Shown here in pieces: positions 9,356 to 19,056 of a stretch of 64,000 nt of DNA. A program made the translations under genes and the position numbers. Under the pieces are notes generated by a model. That model made no database searches and was not told where the DNA came from. It saw only the letters and a program-made list of their open reading frames with translations. The stretch comes from Candidatus Latescibacterota bacterium (lineage in GTDB: Bacteria > Latescibacterota > UBA2968 > UBA8231): NCBI GenBank assembly GCA_965200315.1, contig OZ241362.1, positions 5,120,001 to 5,184,000 of the forward strand, given 5' to 3'. Positions within the stretch are counted from its first letter, which is position 1. Every line of letters begins with the position of its first letter.

Positions 9356-10655
9356 CTTGGGGTATCCTTTGGGCTTGGGTCATCATGCCGCGCAGGGGTT
9401 TGCCTTGGTATTCGGCGCGGTCTGGGTTGTAGTATTCCCACGCGATTTCGCCGGCGGGCGAGACTTCGAGCAGGCGGCCGCGTTGCGATTCTGTGATGAG
9501 GGTGTTGCCGTTGGGCAGCCGCTGTTGGGCGCCGCGAATCCAACTGTCGAAAATCTGCTCGGCGCTGGTGCCTTTGTATTCCCAGTAAATTTCGTGCGTA
9601 AATAGATCGATTTCCAGTATGCGGCTTGGGCCGAAGGGGCTACCGCGCAGACCCTGATTGTCGAAGAGTAGCACGCGGCCGTTGGGCAAGAGGTCGGGGT
9701 CGTGCTGCTGTTTCCAGATTCCTTCTCCATACCAGATCACTTGTTGCTCGGTGGGATTGACGATGATGAGGGCGTTGGGATTGCGCAGGGAGATGAGCAG
9801 ATCGCCGGCTTTGGCGCGTGGGATGTGAGCGGCCGCGGCCCAATTCGGCGGGATGAGGCGAATGGCGTTGGTGTGGGTGATTTCGCTGTGGCGGGTGGTT
9901 TGCCAGCGGTCGAATACGCTGCGATACGGCGAGTTTTGCAGGGCGCGGAAGATGGAAAAGCGCCGCTTCTCTTGGCCGGTTACTCCGTCGATGACCACGG
10001 CAAAATCTTCAATGTACGGGGGCTGGATGTTGCCGATGGGTGTGGTGCCGATTTCTTGGACGAGGGTGTAGATGTTGCCTTGGTCGTCCAAGTCGAAGTC
10101 GTGGTGGGCGGTGCCGGTGTATTTCCAGATGACCTGTGAGTTTTTGTCGAGTTTGACGAGGCCGTATCCATAGGGGTAGTGGTTGACGTAGTCGTGGTTG
10201 GCGAGCAGGTCGCCGTTGGGGTAGAGGTGGGTGCGATGCCAGTGCAACATGTCGGGCTGCTGCGGGAAGGCGGCGAAGTCGTCTTCGTCAAAGGCGGCCG
10301 CAAAGTCGCATTGCCACTGGTGGACGATGTTGCCGAGCGAGTCCATGAGCACGGCGGCGGTGGCGTTTTTGGACACGAGCGTTAGGCCGGGCTGCATGGC
10401 GGCGGCGTTGTGGATGATCGCCCCGGACGGTGTGCTGGCGTCTTCAAACCACATGGTGCTGGTGAATTGGTTTTTGCTGTCGGTGAGGCTTTCGTAGAAA
10501 TAGGCGAGGTGGCCGTAGGCGTTGATGGCGTGGATGCGGATGTCGGGCGCGGGGGCGAGGTGGAAGATCGCCGATACTACGCCGTAGATGAAGGCGAGGA
10601 ATAGGAGGCAACAGATAAGGGTGGCGATGTAGGCTTTGTGGAGGAAGGACGCCAT
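9330..10655 (-). CDS. Arylsulfotransferase (ASST)-family protein
   Basis: N-terminal TM; AHHDF, THTNAI, QQHDP, FDN.G, QRLPNGNTLITES, WEY. Confidence 0.8.
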   Translation of the reverse strand: MASFLHKAYIATLICCLLFLAFIYGVVSAIFHLAPAPDIRIHAINAYGHLAYFYESLTDSKNQFTSTMWFEDASTPSGAIIHNAAAMQPGLTLVSKNATAAVLMDSLGNIVHQWQCDFAAAFDEDDFAAFPQQPDMLHWHRTHLYPNGDLLANHDYVNHYPYGYGLVKLDKNSQVIWKYTGTAHHDFDLDDQGNIYTLVQEIGTTPIGNIQPPYIEDFAVVIDGVTGQEKRRFSIFRALQNSPYRSVFDRWQTTRHSEITHTNAIRLIPPNWAAAAHIPRAKAGDLLISLRNPNALIIVNPTEQQVIWYGEGIWKQQHDPDLLPNGRVLLFDNQGLRGSPFGPSRILEIDLFTHEIYWEYKGTSAEQIFDSWIRGAQQRLPNGNTLITESQRGRLLEVSPAGEIAWEYYNPDRAEYQGKPLRGMMTQAQRIPQDALSFLEN

Positions 10656-10658
10656 GGG

Positions 10659-11720
10659 CTAGCTCTGGTTGGTGCTGACGAGGACGGTGGAGGGGTCTAT
10701 GCCGAACTCATTGAGGAGCCAGCAGGCGTGGTTGTGGGTGTTCATTGAGTTGAAATTGGTGGTCAACCATAGCTTCCCGATTGGCCGCTTGCCCACAAAC
10801 TCCTTGCCGTTCGAGTGAGTCGGTTCAGTGTGTACAAGGTATAGTTTTGACTTCTCCTTACGTACTGGACAATCCCGCGCTGACAGTTTACCTGTTTCAA
10901 CCAAGTGCTTGGCAACATTTTCCAACAGATTGGCCCAATACTTGAGCTGTTTTTCATTTGCATTCGGAAATTTGATGTATGCCGGAGGTTTCTGACCTCT
11001 TTCTATCTTCAATGACGTAAGCGGCACCCAATCGCCGTTATTGGACAGTTCAACGGTCTCCTGTTCGCTGCTTGGTACTGTTGACGATGGCAGAGGCGTC
11101 GCAGGCTCTGATTGATTCGTCAATGATCCGGCGCGTGTGGCTTTTTCTGTCAGTACGGGCGTCGCCGCTTCCTGTGGTTTGCCACTCGCCAAATTTGGCC
11201 GCCATAGCCTCAAAGCCTGTAACGCGCAAGCGTAAGGCTCGTGTTGCGTCAATTGGAAACTCATCAGGATTCGATCGTCGAGTCGCCCTCTCTCAAACAC
11301 GTCGAACATCTCCCAATGGTCTCCGTTCGTGACGGCCATGTAGTCAATGCCAGCCGTGTTGGCGTAGTTGAGGACCTGCATTTTCTCGTCGTCTTTCAGT
11401 GCTTTCCCTAGGGTCTTGGCTTCGATCACGGCTATCGGTCGTCCACTTTCCATCAGCGCGTAGTCAGCCCACTTTCGCTCGATCTCGTATTCGAGTCCGA
11501 CGGAATTGGGGTCTTCAACCTCCCAGCCTAGGGCGCGAAGCATGGGATCGATGAGTGCCTGCCGCGTCCGCGTCTCATTACCTTCCAAATAGGCGCGATG
11601 CGCCTGAATGCGCTCTCGTAGCCAATCAGTGCGCCAATCGTGGCATTCGTCTCGGCAATTTTCATGATCCCCTCGTCGAAAGTTACGAGCTATCTTTATA
11701 TATTGTGAATACTTTTCCAC
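10659..11720 (-). CDS. Type I restriction enzyme HsdR N-terminal-domain (PD-(D/E)xK nuclease) protein; start uncertain
   Basis: NETRTR.ALIDP.L.ALGW, EY, ADYAL, IEAK, Q..NYA, VTNG..W; lower GC than the flanking genes. Confidence 0.75.
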   Translation of the reverse strand: MEKYSQYIKIARNFRRGDHENCRDECHDWRTDWLRERIQAHRAYLEGNETRTRQALIDPMLRALGWEVEDPNSVGLEYEIERKWADYALMESGRPIAVIEAKTLGKALKDDEKMQVLNYANTAGIDYMAVTNGDHWEMFDVFERGRLDDRILMSFQLTQHEPYACALQALRLWRPNLASGKPQEAATPVLTEKATRAGSLTNQSEPATPLPSSTVPSSEQETVELSNNGDWVPLTSLKIERGQKPPAYIKFPNANEKQLKYWANLLENVAKHLVETGKLSARDCPVRKEKSKLYLVHTEPTHSNGKEFVGKRPIGKLWLTTNFNSMNTHNHACWLLNEFGIDPSTVLVSTNQS

Positions 11721-11737
11721 CGACTTTTCAATAAGCT

Positions 11738-12823
11738 ATGGAAACGGATTTTAATCAAACGCGGCTGATGCGCTTTTGCGGCTGGCTGATACATGCGCAT
11801 CCGAACTTTTGGATTGACGTGGGCAAGCTGGAGACGCGGTTGTTGCAGAGCCGATTCAAGGCAGTCGAAGCGCCCATTTACATCACGGGACTGGCGCGCG
11901 CCGGCACGACTCTGCTGCTGAACATACTGGCGTCTCACCCGCGCCTCACCTCGTTCAAATACTGCGATTACTACGGAGCGTTTACGCCCTTTTGGGCCGA
12001 CCACATCTTCCGCGCCGCTGGATTGGGCGCGGTGCGCAAACAAGAGCGGGCACATGCCGACGGCGTGATGGTCAACGCATACAGTCCAGAGGCCATGGAA
12101 GAAATCCTGTGGATGCAGTTTTTCGCGTACCTACACAATCCCGCCGAGAACAATGTGGTCGAACGGCAGACCAACCACCCGGAATTTGAGGCGGTTTACG
12201 CGGCGACCTTGGCGAAGCTGTTGCTGTGCCGCGACGCGGAGCGCATTGTCTCCAAAAACAACTACAATATCACGCGGATCGCGTATCTGGCCAAGCTGTA
12301 CGAGGACGCGCGTTTTGTCATTGCCGTGCGCCATCCAATCGCGCACATCGCGTCCATGGCGCGTCAGCACCAGCGCAACTTGGCCCATTTCTCATCCCCG
12401 ATTCACCGCCAGTACCTGCGCAACGCCGGCCACTTCGAGTTCGGCCACGAGCGCATTCCCATTACCATCGACGCGGAGAAAACGCGGCACATCCAAACGC
12501 TGTGGGGCGCAGGGCGCGATGCCGAAGGGTGGGCTGAATACTGGAATGCGATATACGCTTGGACCTACGAGGAGGTGCTGCAGCACGAGGCGCTCAAGAC
12601 GCGCTGTTTGGTGGTGCCGTTTGAGCAGTTGTGCGCGGCAGCCGAGCAAAAAATTGCGGACATTCTGGCATTTTGCAACTTGGATGCCGACGAAGCGTGG
12701 GTGAAGGGCTGGGGCGAACAGGTCGCGTATCAGCCCCAATACGAAGCGGCGTTTAGTACCGCCGAGCGCGACGCCATCATGCAGATATGCGGCGCGACCG
12801 CGAAGAATTATGGGCTGTACTAG
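11738..12823 (+). CDS. Sulfotransferase-family protein
   Basis: PIYITGLARAGTT (PAPS-binding loop), SPEAMEE, SKNN, RHP...AS. Confidence 0.85.
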   Translation: METDFNQTRLMRFCGWLIHAHPNFWIDVGKLETRLLQSRFKAVEAPIYITGLARAGTTLLLNILASHPRLTSFKYCDYYGAFTPFWADHIFRAAGLGAVRKQERAHADGVMVNAYSPEAMEEILWMQFFAYLHNPAENNVVERQTNHPEFEAVYAATLAKLLLCRDAERIVSKNNYNITRIAYLAKLYEDARFVIAVRHPIAHIASMARQHQRNLAHFSSPIHRQYLRNAGHFEFGHERIPITIDAEKTRHIQTLWGAGRDAEGWAEYWNAIYAWTYEEVLQHEALKTRCLVVPFEQLCAAAEQKIADILAFCNLDADEAWVKGWGEQVAYQPQYEAAFSTAERDAIMQICGATAKNYGLY

Positions 12824-12889
12824 CGAGAATTTAGCTGCGGGTTTATAACAAAGACGATGTTGTGAGATTCTTCTTGAGAAGTGTTCTTA

Positions 12890-13004
12890 GAAGCCCTAAC
12901 GCTTGCTGGGAGCGCGGGCGTCTCGCCCGCCCGTTGTCATTCCCGCAAAAGAACGTCACCCCGTGCCCCGACACGGGGCGGGAATCCAGTTTGGTTAGGG
13001 CCTC
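12890..13004. mobile_element. 115-bp MITE-like element containing REP-like hairpins
   Basis: Ends GAAGCCCTAAC ... GTTAGGGCCTC (10/11 inverted repeat) flanked by TTA on both sides; internal stems GCGGGCG/CGCCCGC, ATTCCCGC/GCGGGAAT and CCCCGTG/CACGGGG. Confidence 0.6.
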
Positions 13005-13091
13005 TTAAAACCTCCGTTGGGTTGCTTGGCTGAGGCGGGCCAGCGGAACCGAAAAATCCCAAGTCGCCCCAAACCGATATGAGGTCATCCA

Positions 13092-13904
13092 ATGAATCAG
13101 CTTGAAGGACAAATCGCCGTCGTCACGGGCGGTGCCCAAGGCTTAGGACTAGGAATTGCCCGGCAATTGGCCAGCGACGGGGCCAGCGTGGTCATCGCCG
13201 ACCGGCAGGAGGACAAGGCGTGCGAGGAGGCCGCGAAGCTCCAAGAAGAGGACCTAACCGTACGGGCCGTGGCGCTCGATATAACCGACAGCACTGCGGT
13301 GACTTCCTTTTTCGCCGAGCTAGCTGCCGAAGAGGAGCGGGTGGACATCCTGATCAACAACGCTGGCACGGGTCAGCAGGTCGCCCCGATAGTCGAGCTA
13401 GAGGACGCCGAATGGCACCGGGTGATGGACGTGACTCTGACTGGAGCCTTTTACTGCTGCCGCGCTGCTGGACGCATCATGGAAGAACAGGAGTCCGGTT
13501 GCATCGTCAACATCTCCTCGATCAACGGCCAGAATCCGGCGGCGCTCGTGGCCGCGTATAACATCGCCAAGGCCGGTATCATCAGCCTCACCCGAACCTT
13601 GGCGCTGGAATTGGCCGCGTACGGTGTGCGGGTCAATGCCGTGTGTCCGGGGCCGGTGTACACGGAATTCAACCAGCGCAACATGGCCCAACGCCGCGTC
13701 ACGTTAGGGATAACCGAAGAAGAAATGATTGAGCGCATTCGCACGGCCATTCCCTTGGGACGCTGGGGCGAGCCAGAAGATATTGCCCAAGGCGTGGCCT
13801 TCTTGTGCAGCCCGGCGGCCGCGTGGATCACCGGCGAAGTGCTCCGCGTCAGCGGCGGCATGGAAGGCGTGTCGGCCACACCGCCGAAAAGGCCGCGCCA
13901 ATAG
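13092..13904 (+). CDS. SDR-family oxidoreductase (FabG-like)
   Basis: TGGAQGLG, NNAG, YNIAK, NAVCPG. Confidence 0.9.
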   Translation: MNQLEGQIAVVTGGAQGLGLGIARQLASDGASVVIADRQEDKACEEAAKLQEEDLTVRAVALDITDSTAVTSFFAELAAEEERVDILINNAGTGQQVAPIVELEDAEWHRVMDVTLTGAFYCCRAAGRIMEEQESGCIVNISSINGQNPAALVAAYNIAKAGIISLTRTLALELAAYGVRVNAVCPGPVYTEFNQRNMAQRRVTLGITEEEMIERIRTAIPLGRWGEPEDIAQGVAFLCSPAAAWITGEVLRVSGGMEGVSATPPKRPRQ

Positions 13905-13914
13905 GGGATATCGC

Positions 13915-15876
13915 ATGACTACGACTAATCAGGCGCAATGGACGTCCTATCTGCTGCCCCTGCCGCACGAGATTAGCATTGCCGACAGCGTTCGCTGTAA
14001 GTCGGGCGAAGTGGGCATCGCGCTGCGGGATCAAGCCGGGCCAATCGAGAAGCAGGGGGCCACCGAACTGGAGGCACTGTTCATTGAAAAGGGAAAAGTA
14101 CAGCCAAATGGTGGGGCCTTCACCATCGACATTGGCGTAGCCGCGGCAAACAGCGCGGCGATTGAACGGCTCCAGAGCTTGCAAAATAAGGCCCAAGCGT
14201 ACCTCATTAAGCCACGGGGGCGAGACGGTCTGGTGCTGACGGGTTTAGACGAGCGCGGCGTGTACTATGCCTGCCAGACCCTGATCCAATTGCTCGAACC
14301 CGAAATGAGTCCAGAGCAGGTGCATATCCCCTTGGCCGAGGTGATCGACTGGCCCGACATGGACGAGCGGGGCTTGTGGAATTTTCCCGAGCCTGCGACT
14401 TGGATCCCGTGGCTGGCCGCGCTCAAATTGAACTACGGCAAGATGGCCTCGACGCAATTGCATCCCATTGAACGCGGTCAGCGCAACCGGGCTACCATCG
14501 ACCGAGAACAGTTCAAAGCGGCGCGGCAACGGGCTTTCAATTATCTGCCCTATATCCTGCACCTCAACTTCCTGCACGAGTGCGGCCTTTTCAGGGCTTA
14601 TCCCGAACTAGCTGGCAAGGGAGACAGTGCTCTGACTGGGCGCTATTTCGCCCACAAGACAGGCAATCAGCATCGGGCTCCCTGCGCTTCGCAGCCGCTG
14701 TTGGTGCAAATCATACAAGAGTGGATGGAGGATATCGCTGAGCAGGGGGCCGCGGAAATAAGCTGTTGGTTGAGCGAACGGCCGGGGCAGTGCGGCTGTC
14801 TGGAATGCACGGCTGTAGGGCAGTTTGTGCTGGAATCGCGGGCTTTTGTCGCGGCTTGGCGGCAGGCCCAAAAGCACTATCCCAATTTGCAGATTCGCAT
14901 CTTTTTATCCACCACCACCACCGTGCGCAACTATCGGGTGCTGGACGAATTGCCCCCAGAGGTGAAGATCGAGCGGGCCTGTGCCACCGAACTGGAGCGC
15001 GTGTTGCACAGGCCGCGCGATTTAATGGCCAATCCGCTGCTAGATCACTATGCCGCCGAGGGGCGCTGGATCGCCAGTTACGACGTGCCCATTGCAGCCA
15101 ACGGCCGGGTCGATACACCCGAGTTTAAGGTGCCGCAGCGCTCGGCGCACCGCATGAGGGATTACGTCGGCCAATTGGTGCGGCGGGGCTATAGCGGAGC
15201 GTACGCCATGATGGCTTGGGGCGGTCCAGAGCGCCAGATTTGCAGTTTCAATATCCACGCCTTGGCCGAGTGGGCTTGGCATATGCAGGGCCGCGACGAG
15301 AAGGAATTCGCCTTGGCTTGGGCCCGGCGGGAAGGCTATGCCCAGCCAGAAGCTGTGGCCGAGTGGGCTGTCTTGATAGGGCCGGTGGAATTCGACGTGT
15401 ACGATTCCGATTTCCCAATATGCTATTCTTGGGGCAAGGCCGCGGAGATGGTGCGGCAACGGCAGCGGCCCTATTTGGGCGAGGGGATGTTCCGCTATTA
15501 TCTCAGCGTCGAGGACTTCGATGCCAAAGTCGCGATTTGCGACCGGGCCTTGGAAATTGTCGAGGGCCTTGGGGAAGCGGAGCTGGCCCACGAGACGCGG
15601 GTGGTGCGGTCCTATGTGGAATTGGCGCACGGCGTCTATTGGGTAGCCGAGCAGATGGCCACACTCGACCTAGCGGATATGGAAAACCAAGCACTGGTGT
15701 GTGCCAGTCTTGATCAGTTGCAAAAGGCGGGGCAGGACAATGCTCAGGCCATTGGGGATTGGCGCGCTGGCTTGGGCAGTGAGCCGTGGCACTACCGGGT
15801 ACACGATGCCATTAAGGGCACGGAGACGACCGTGGCGGAGATCGTCCAATGCGTCGCTGATAGTTATTTGTATTGA
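13915..15876 (+). CDS. Hypothetical protein with N-terminal GH20-type zincin-like domain
   Basis: LLPLPHEI, QAYLI, G.DERGVYYA.QTL.QL, DWPD...RG; ATG 13915 after the SDR stop. Confidence 0.6.
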   Translation: MTTTNQAQWTSYLLPLPHEISIADSVRCKSGEVGIALRDQAGPIEKQGATELEALFIEKGKVQPNGGAFTIDIGVAAANSAAIERLQSLQNKAQAYLIKPRGRDGLVLTGLDERGVYYACQTLIQLLEPEMSPEQVHIPLAEVIDWPDMDERGLWNFPEPATWIPWLAALKLNYGKMASTQLHPIERGQRNRATIDREQFKAARQRAFNYLPYILHLNFLHECGLFRAYPELAGKGDSALTGRYFAHKTGNQHRAPCASQPLLVQIIQEWMEDIAEQGAAEISCWLSERPGQCGCLECTAVGQFVLESRAFVAAWRQAQKHYPNLQIRIFLSTTTTVRNYRVLDELPPEVKIERACATELERVLHRPRDLMANPLLDHYAAEGRWIASYDVPIAANGRVDTPEFKVPQRSAHRMRDYVGQLVRRGYSGAYAMMAWGGPERQICSFNIHALAEWAWHMQGRDEKEFALAWARREGYAQPEAVAEWAVLIGPVEFDVYDSDFPICYSWGKAAEMVRQRQRPYLGEGMFRYYLSVEDFDAKVAICDRALEIVEGLGEAELAHETRVVRSYVELAHGVYWVAEQMATLDLADMENQALVCASLDQLQKAGQDNAQAIGDWRAGLGSEPWHYRVHDAIKGTETTVAEIVQCVADSYLY

Positions 15877-15895
15877 TAGAGATTAGGCATAATAC

Positions 15896-16110
15896 TTGTT
15901 AGATCAGTATCGCCGATTGTGGAGAGTACAACATGCTGATGACCGCAACCATTGGCTGCGCCTAGGTCGGACCGATTTGCTTTATGGTGTATTGTCTGTT
16001 GCCGGCACTCTGACAATTTGGTGTTACGCAATTTTCCGTGGTCTCATGGGCATGATCACCATCGGCGATGTTAGCTTGGCCTTCCAAGCTGCCGAGCAAG
16101 GACGTTCCCG
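15896..16110 (+). pseudogene. Internal fragment of an ABC exporter transmembrane domain
   Basis: ...WCYAIFRGLMGMITIGDVSLAFQAAEQGRS; no plausible start and no ATPase domain. Confidence 0.5.
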
Positions 16111-16200
16111 TTATGGTTGGTTTTTCTGTTCGTATCATGGTAGCGATCTGTCAAGAAGACCGCGGCAAGATGTGCGGCATTCCACGCGCCCTGAACCTCC

Positions 16201-18441
16201 TCACCTCTGCCAATAGTACGACACTTTGAGTTGCAATGAGCGGCTGGCTTGTTGCAGCCCTCCCTCCGCATCCCAGACCTGATTGTACACAATGAACAGA
16301 TCGCTGCCGGGCAGGTAGCGGTAGTTGAATAGGAAATTGCCACCCACTAGCTCTTGGGCGCTGTTCCACTGCAAGAAGCCGCGCCCGAACATATGGGGCG
16401 AGAAGGAATAGAGGAAGCGGTGCCCGAACAAGTGGGTGTTGAAGGCACCGTTGGGCAGGTTGATGTGGTTGAACTCGTAGGTGCCTTCCAGTGCTAGGCG
16501 GGCATTGTAGCGCCAGACGGCCTCGGTGGAGACGCGCTGGCGGGTGCCGTTGAAGAAATCGCCGTATTCGTACGAAGCGCGGCCCGAGAGGCGGCGGCTC
16601 GAATTGGCGAAGAAATTGAACTGGTAGCTGCCAAATTCGTACGGGCCCGGAGGGATTTCTTGGTCGTCGCGTATCTCAAAAGACTCGTCCAAAAACTCGT
16701 AGCGCTGCTGGTAGCGCACCCCTAACCAGTCGCCTATTGCCAAATTGACAAAAGCGGAGAATTGAAAGTCGCGGCTTTGTAAGGTGTTGCCCCGATCCAT
16801 CAGGTAGGTAAAGCGCGGCCCGAGCGAGAACATGCGGATCCAGCCGATGTCTGGACGGGGCCGGTAGCGCCCGCTGCCTTTGAAGCGACGGATGTCAGTG
16901 CGCGGTACAAAGCCCACTTCGGGCACAAAGTCCTCTTCCACATCCAGATAGCTCAGGCGGGTCTCAAAGCGGCCTTGGCGGTAGTCCAGTTCCAGCAGGC
17001 CGGCCCGGTCGCGGCCCTCCACTTGGGGAGTCCAAGTCTTGGCGGCAAAGCCGCGCAGGTTGAAGGCGGCTTGCCACAGCGACACAGTGAAATCCACGCC
17101 GCCGGTGCGGTTGTAGTCGGCTTCGGAGCCGGGTTGCTTGTCAATGGCTATAAAGCCGAGGTTGGAACGGCCCAGTATGTCGCGCTTGATACGCAGGACT
17201 GTAAAGTCGGTCTGGGCTACGTGCAGGGTGTCGACGATGGTGTCCCCACTTAGATCGACTTGGGCCTCGTGCTCTTCCTCTTCATCGACAAAGGTCATGG
17301 CTTGGGTGGTCATGCGCAGGGCACCAATTTGGTAGGGGCCAGCTCGTCCGGTGAGTTTGCCTCCGGCCAATACGGGCAGATTGTGGCCATCTTCAATGCC
17401 AATGCGACGGCTGTAGAACAGCAGGGTGGGTGGCCGGCCGCCGAAGCCCTGCCTTTCGACTCGTTCGCCAAATTCAAAAATGCCGGCTCCTTCGAGGAAG
17501 AAGTCGCGTTTTTCGGGGAAGAACAGGCTGAAGCGGGTGAGGTTTATTTGCTCTTGGTCGGCTTCTACTTGGGCGAAGTCGGTTTTGTAGGACAGGTCTA
17601 AAGTCAGCGAAGGCGTGAGGCCGTATTTGAAATCTAGGCCCGGGTCTAGGTCGCGTTCCGCAGAGCTGTCGGCGTTAAAATCGCGCCGGGAGCCGCTTAG
17701 CAAGAAGGGGACGACCGCTAGGGGTGGGCGGCTCTGCAACCGACCCAAACCTGTCAGGACGGCCAGACGCGAGGTGCGGTAGCGGCCTCTAAAGCCATAG
17801 GATTGGGGCGGGGGAACGAGGAAGACTTCCTCGTTTTTGCGGCGAATGGCGCGGCCAATGTTAATGCCCCACACGGCTTGGTCACTGTCGGGATAGCGCA
17901 CTTGATCGAAGGGAATGACCACTTCGGCGCTCCAACCCAAACTGTCGATACGGGTGCGGCTCTGCCAGACGCTGTCCCAGGCTTGATTGCGGGTGCGGCC
18001 CTCGTCAGTAAGCAGCAGGTCTTGGCGTGCGCCCAAGGGATTGGTGCTAAAGTAAAAGCCGCCGCGGCGGTCGTTATAGGGATCGAGGATAATCTGGATA
18101 TTGTCGTTTTCGTCCAACTCGGCATCGCGCCGCATTTGGTTGGCCACTAGGCGATCTGCCTCGCTGTCGAAACAGCGCAGGGCAAAGTACAGGTGATCGT
18201 CGTCAAAGAGGATGCGGACTTGGGTCTGCTCGGTGGGCGGGGCACCTTCGACGGGCTCGCGCTGGAAAAAGTCGGCTATGGTCGGGGCTTGGTGCCAGAC
18301 TGGATCGTCGAGGCGACCGTCGATGTTAGGGGGCGTGGGGGTGCGGGTGGCTTGGACGACGGGGGTTTCCCGGGCTTGGCTTGGTGCGGCGAGTAGCGCT
18401 AGGACGGCGGCACTTTTGGCAATGGACGGTAGAAGGTTCAA
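16201..18441 (-). CDS. CBM9-like + DUF5916 outer-membrane beta-barrel protein
   Basis: Signal peptide, IDGRLDDPVW, TDFAQVEAD..QINLTRFSLFFPEKRDFFLEG, aromatic C-terminus. Confidence 0.85.
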   Translation of the reverse strand: MNLLPSIAKSAAVLALLAAPSQARETPVVQATRTPTPPNIDGRLDDPVWHQAPTIADFFQREPVEGAPPTEQTQVRILFDDDHLYFALRCFDSEADRLVANQMRRDAELDENDNIQIILDPYNDRRGGFYFSTNPLGARQDLLLTDEGRTRNQAWDSVWQSRTRIDSLGWSAEVVIPFDQVRYPDSDQAVWGINIGRAIRRKNEEVFLVPPPQSYGFRGRYRTSRLAVLTGLGRLQSRPPLAVVPFLLSGSRRDFNADSSAERDLDPGLDFKYGLTPSLTLDLSYKTDFAQVEADQEQINLTRFSLFFPEKRDFFLEGAGIFEFGERVERQGFGGRPPTLLFYSRRIGIEDGHNLPVLAGGKLTGRAGPYQIGALRMTTQAMTFVDEEEEHEAQVDLSGDTIVDTLHVAQTDFTVLRIKRDILGRSNLGFIAIDKQPGSEADYNRTGGVDFTVSLWQAAFNLRGFAAKTWTPQVEGRDRAGLLELDYRQGRFETRLSYLDVEEDFVPEVGFVPRTDIRRFKGSGRYRPRPDIGWIRMFSLGPRFTYLMDRGNTLQSRDFQFSAFVNLAIGDWLGVRYQQRYEFLDESFEIRDDQEIPPGPYEFGSYQFNFFANSSRRLSGRASYEYGDFFNGTRQRVSTEAVWRYNARLALEGTYEFNHINLPNGAFNTHLFGHRFLYSFSPHMFGRGFLQWNSAQELVGGNFLFNYRYLPGSDLFIVYNQVWDAEGGLQQASRSLQLKVSYYWQR

Positions 18442-18460
18442 GATACAGGCTCAGGGTTTC

Positions 18461-18575
18461 TCACTTGAGCGAGTGAAGCACTTTTGCCTGTACAGATTCT
18501 ACAATCGAATCCCGCATAAAGTCCCTGGCCTTGAGGATTTCAATGCCGATGAGTTCACCTTTGTCGTTGTATTCT
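18461..18575 (-). pseudogene. C-terminal fragment of a DUF2283-like small protein
   Basis: EYNDKGELIGIEILKARDF...HSLK* with no matching start. Confidence 0.55.
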
Positions 18576-18606
18576 GCTGTGCCGCCTCGAACAGCTCTAT
18601 AACTGC

Positions 18607-18900
18607 ATGGACGCGGTTATTGCCGACGGCCGCATCCTCGGCACGGAACTGCGCTTGCATCTCACTGATTATGAAGGCTGCATGGACCGCATTTTCTGCC
18701 GGGTCAACGATAGCGCTGTCTCACGCGCCGATGCCGCCAAGCTGGAAAACCAACTCGGCACTTGGCTCGTGGTGAAAAATCCCCCCATCCAGCGCGGCGA
18801 AAACCTCGTGCTCCTAGGACTTGACGGTTTGCAAACACCCGATCCGTGGCCGGTGCTGCACCAGTGCGAGGTGATGGTGCTGGGGTGCGATAGCGCCTAG
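18607..18900 (+). pseudogene. Orphan ORF, probably a gene fragment
   Basis: 97-aa ORF with coding-like codon usage lying among other debris; family not recognised. Confidence 0.25.
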
Positions 18901-18911
18901 GAACGCTACAG

Positions 18912-18962
18912 TAGGCGAATTGTCATTCTGAGCGGAGCGCAGCAGAGTCGAAGAATCGCCTA
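18912..18962. repeat. Palindromic repeat of the GTCATTCTGAGC...GAAGAATC type
   Basis: TAGGCGA...TCGCCTA outer stem around TGTCATTCTGAGCGGAGCGCAGCAGAGTCGAAGAATC; CGCCTAGG occurs at 18894 and 18957. Confidence 0.55.
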
Positions 18963-19056
18963 GGGCCATGACTAGGGGACAGTGCTCGTTCGGTTCGTAG
19001 CGGATGTTTGCGTTGGCGCGGGCTGATGACAAAAGAGACTCAGCTTTCCGTCGGGA

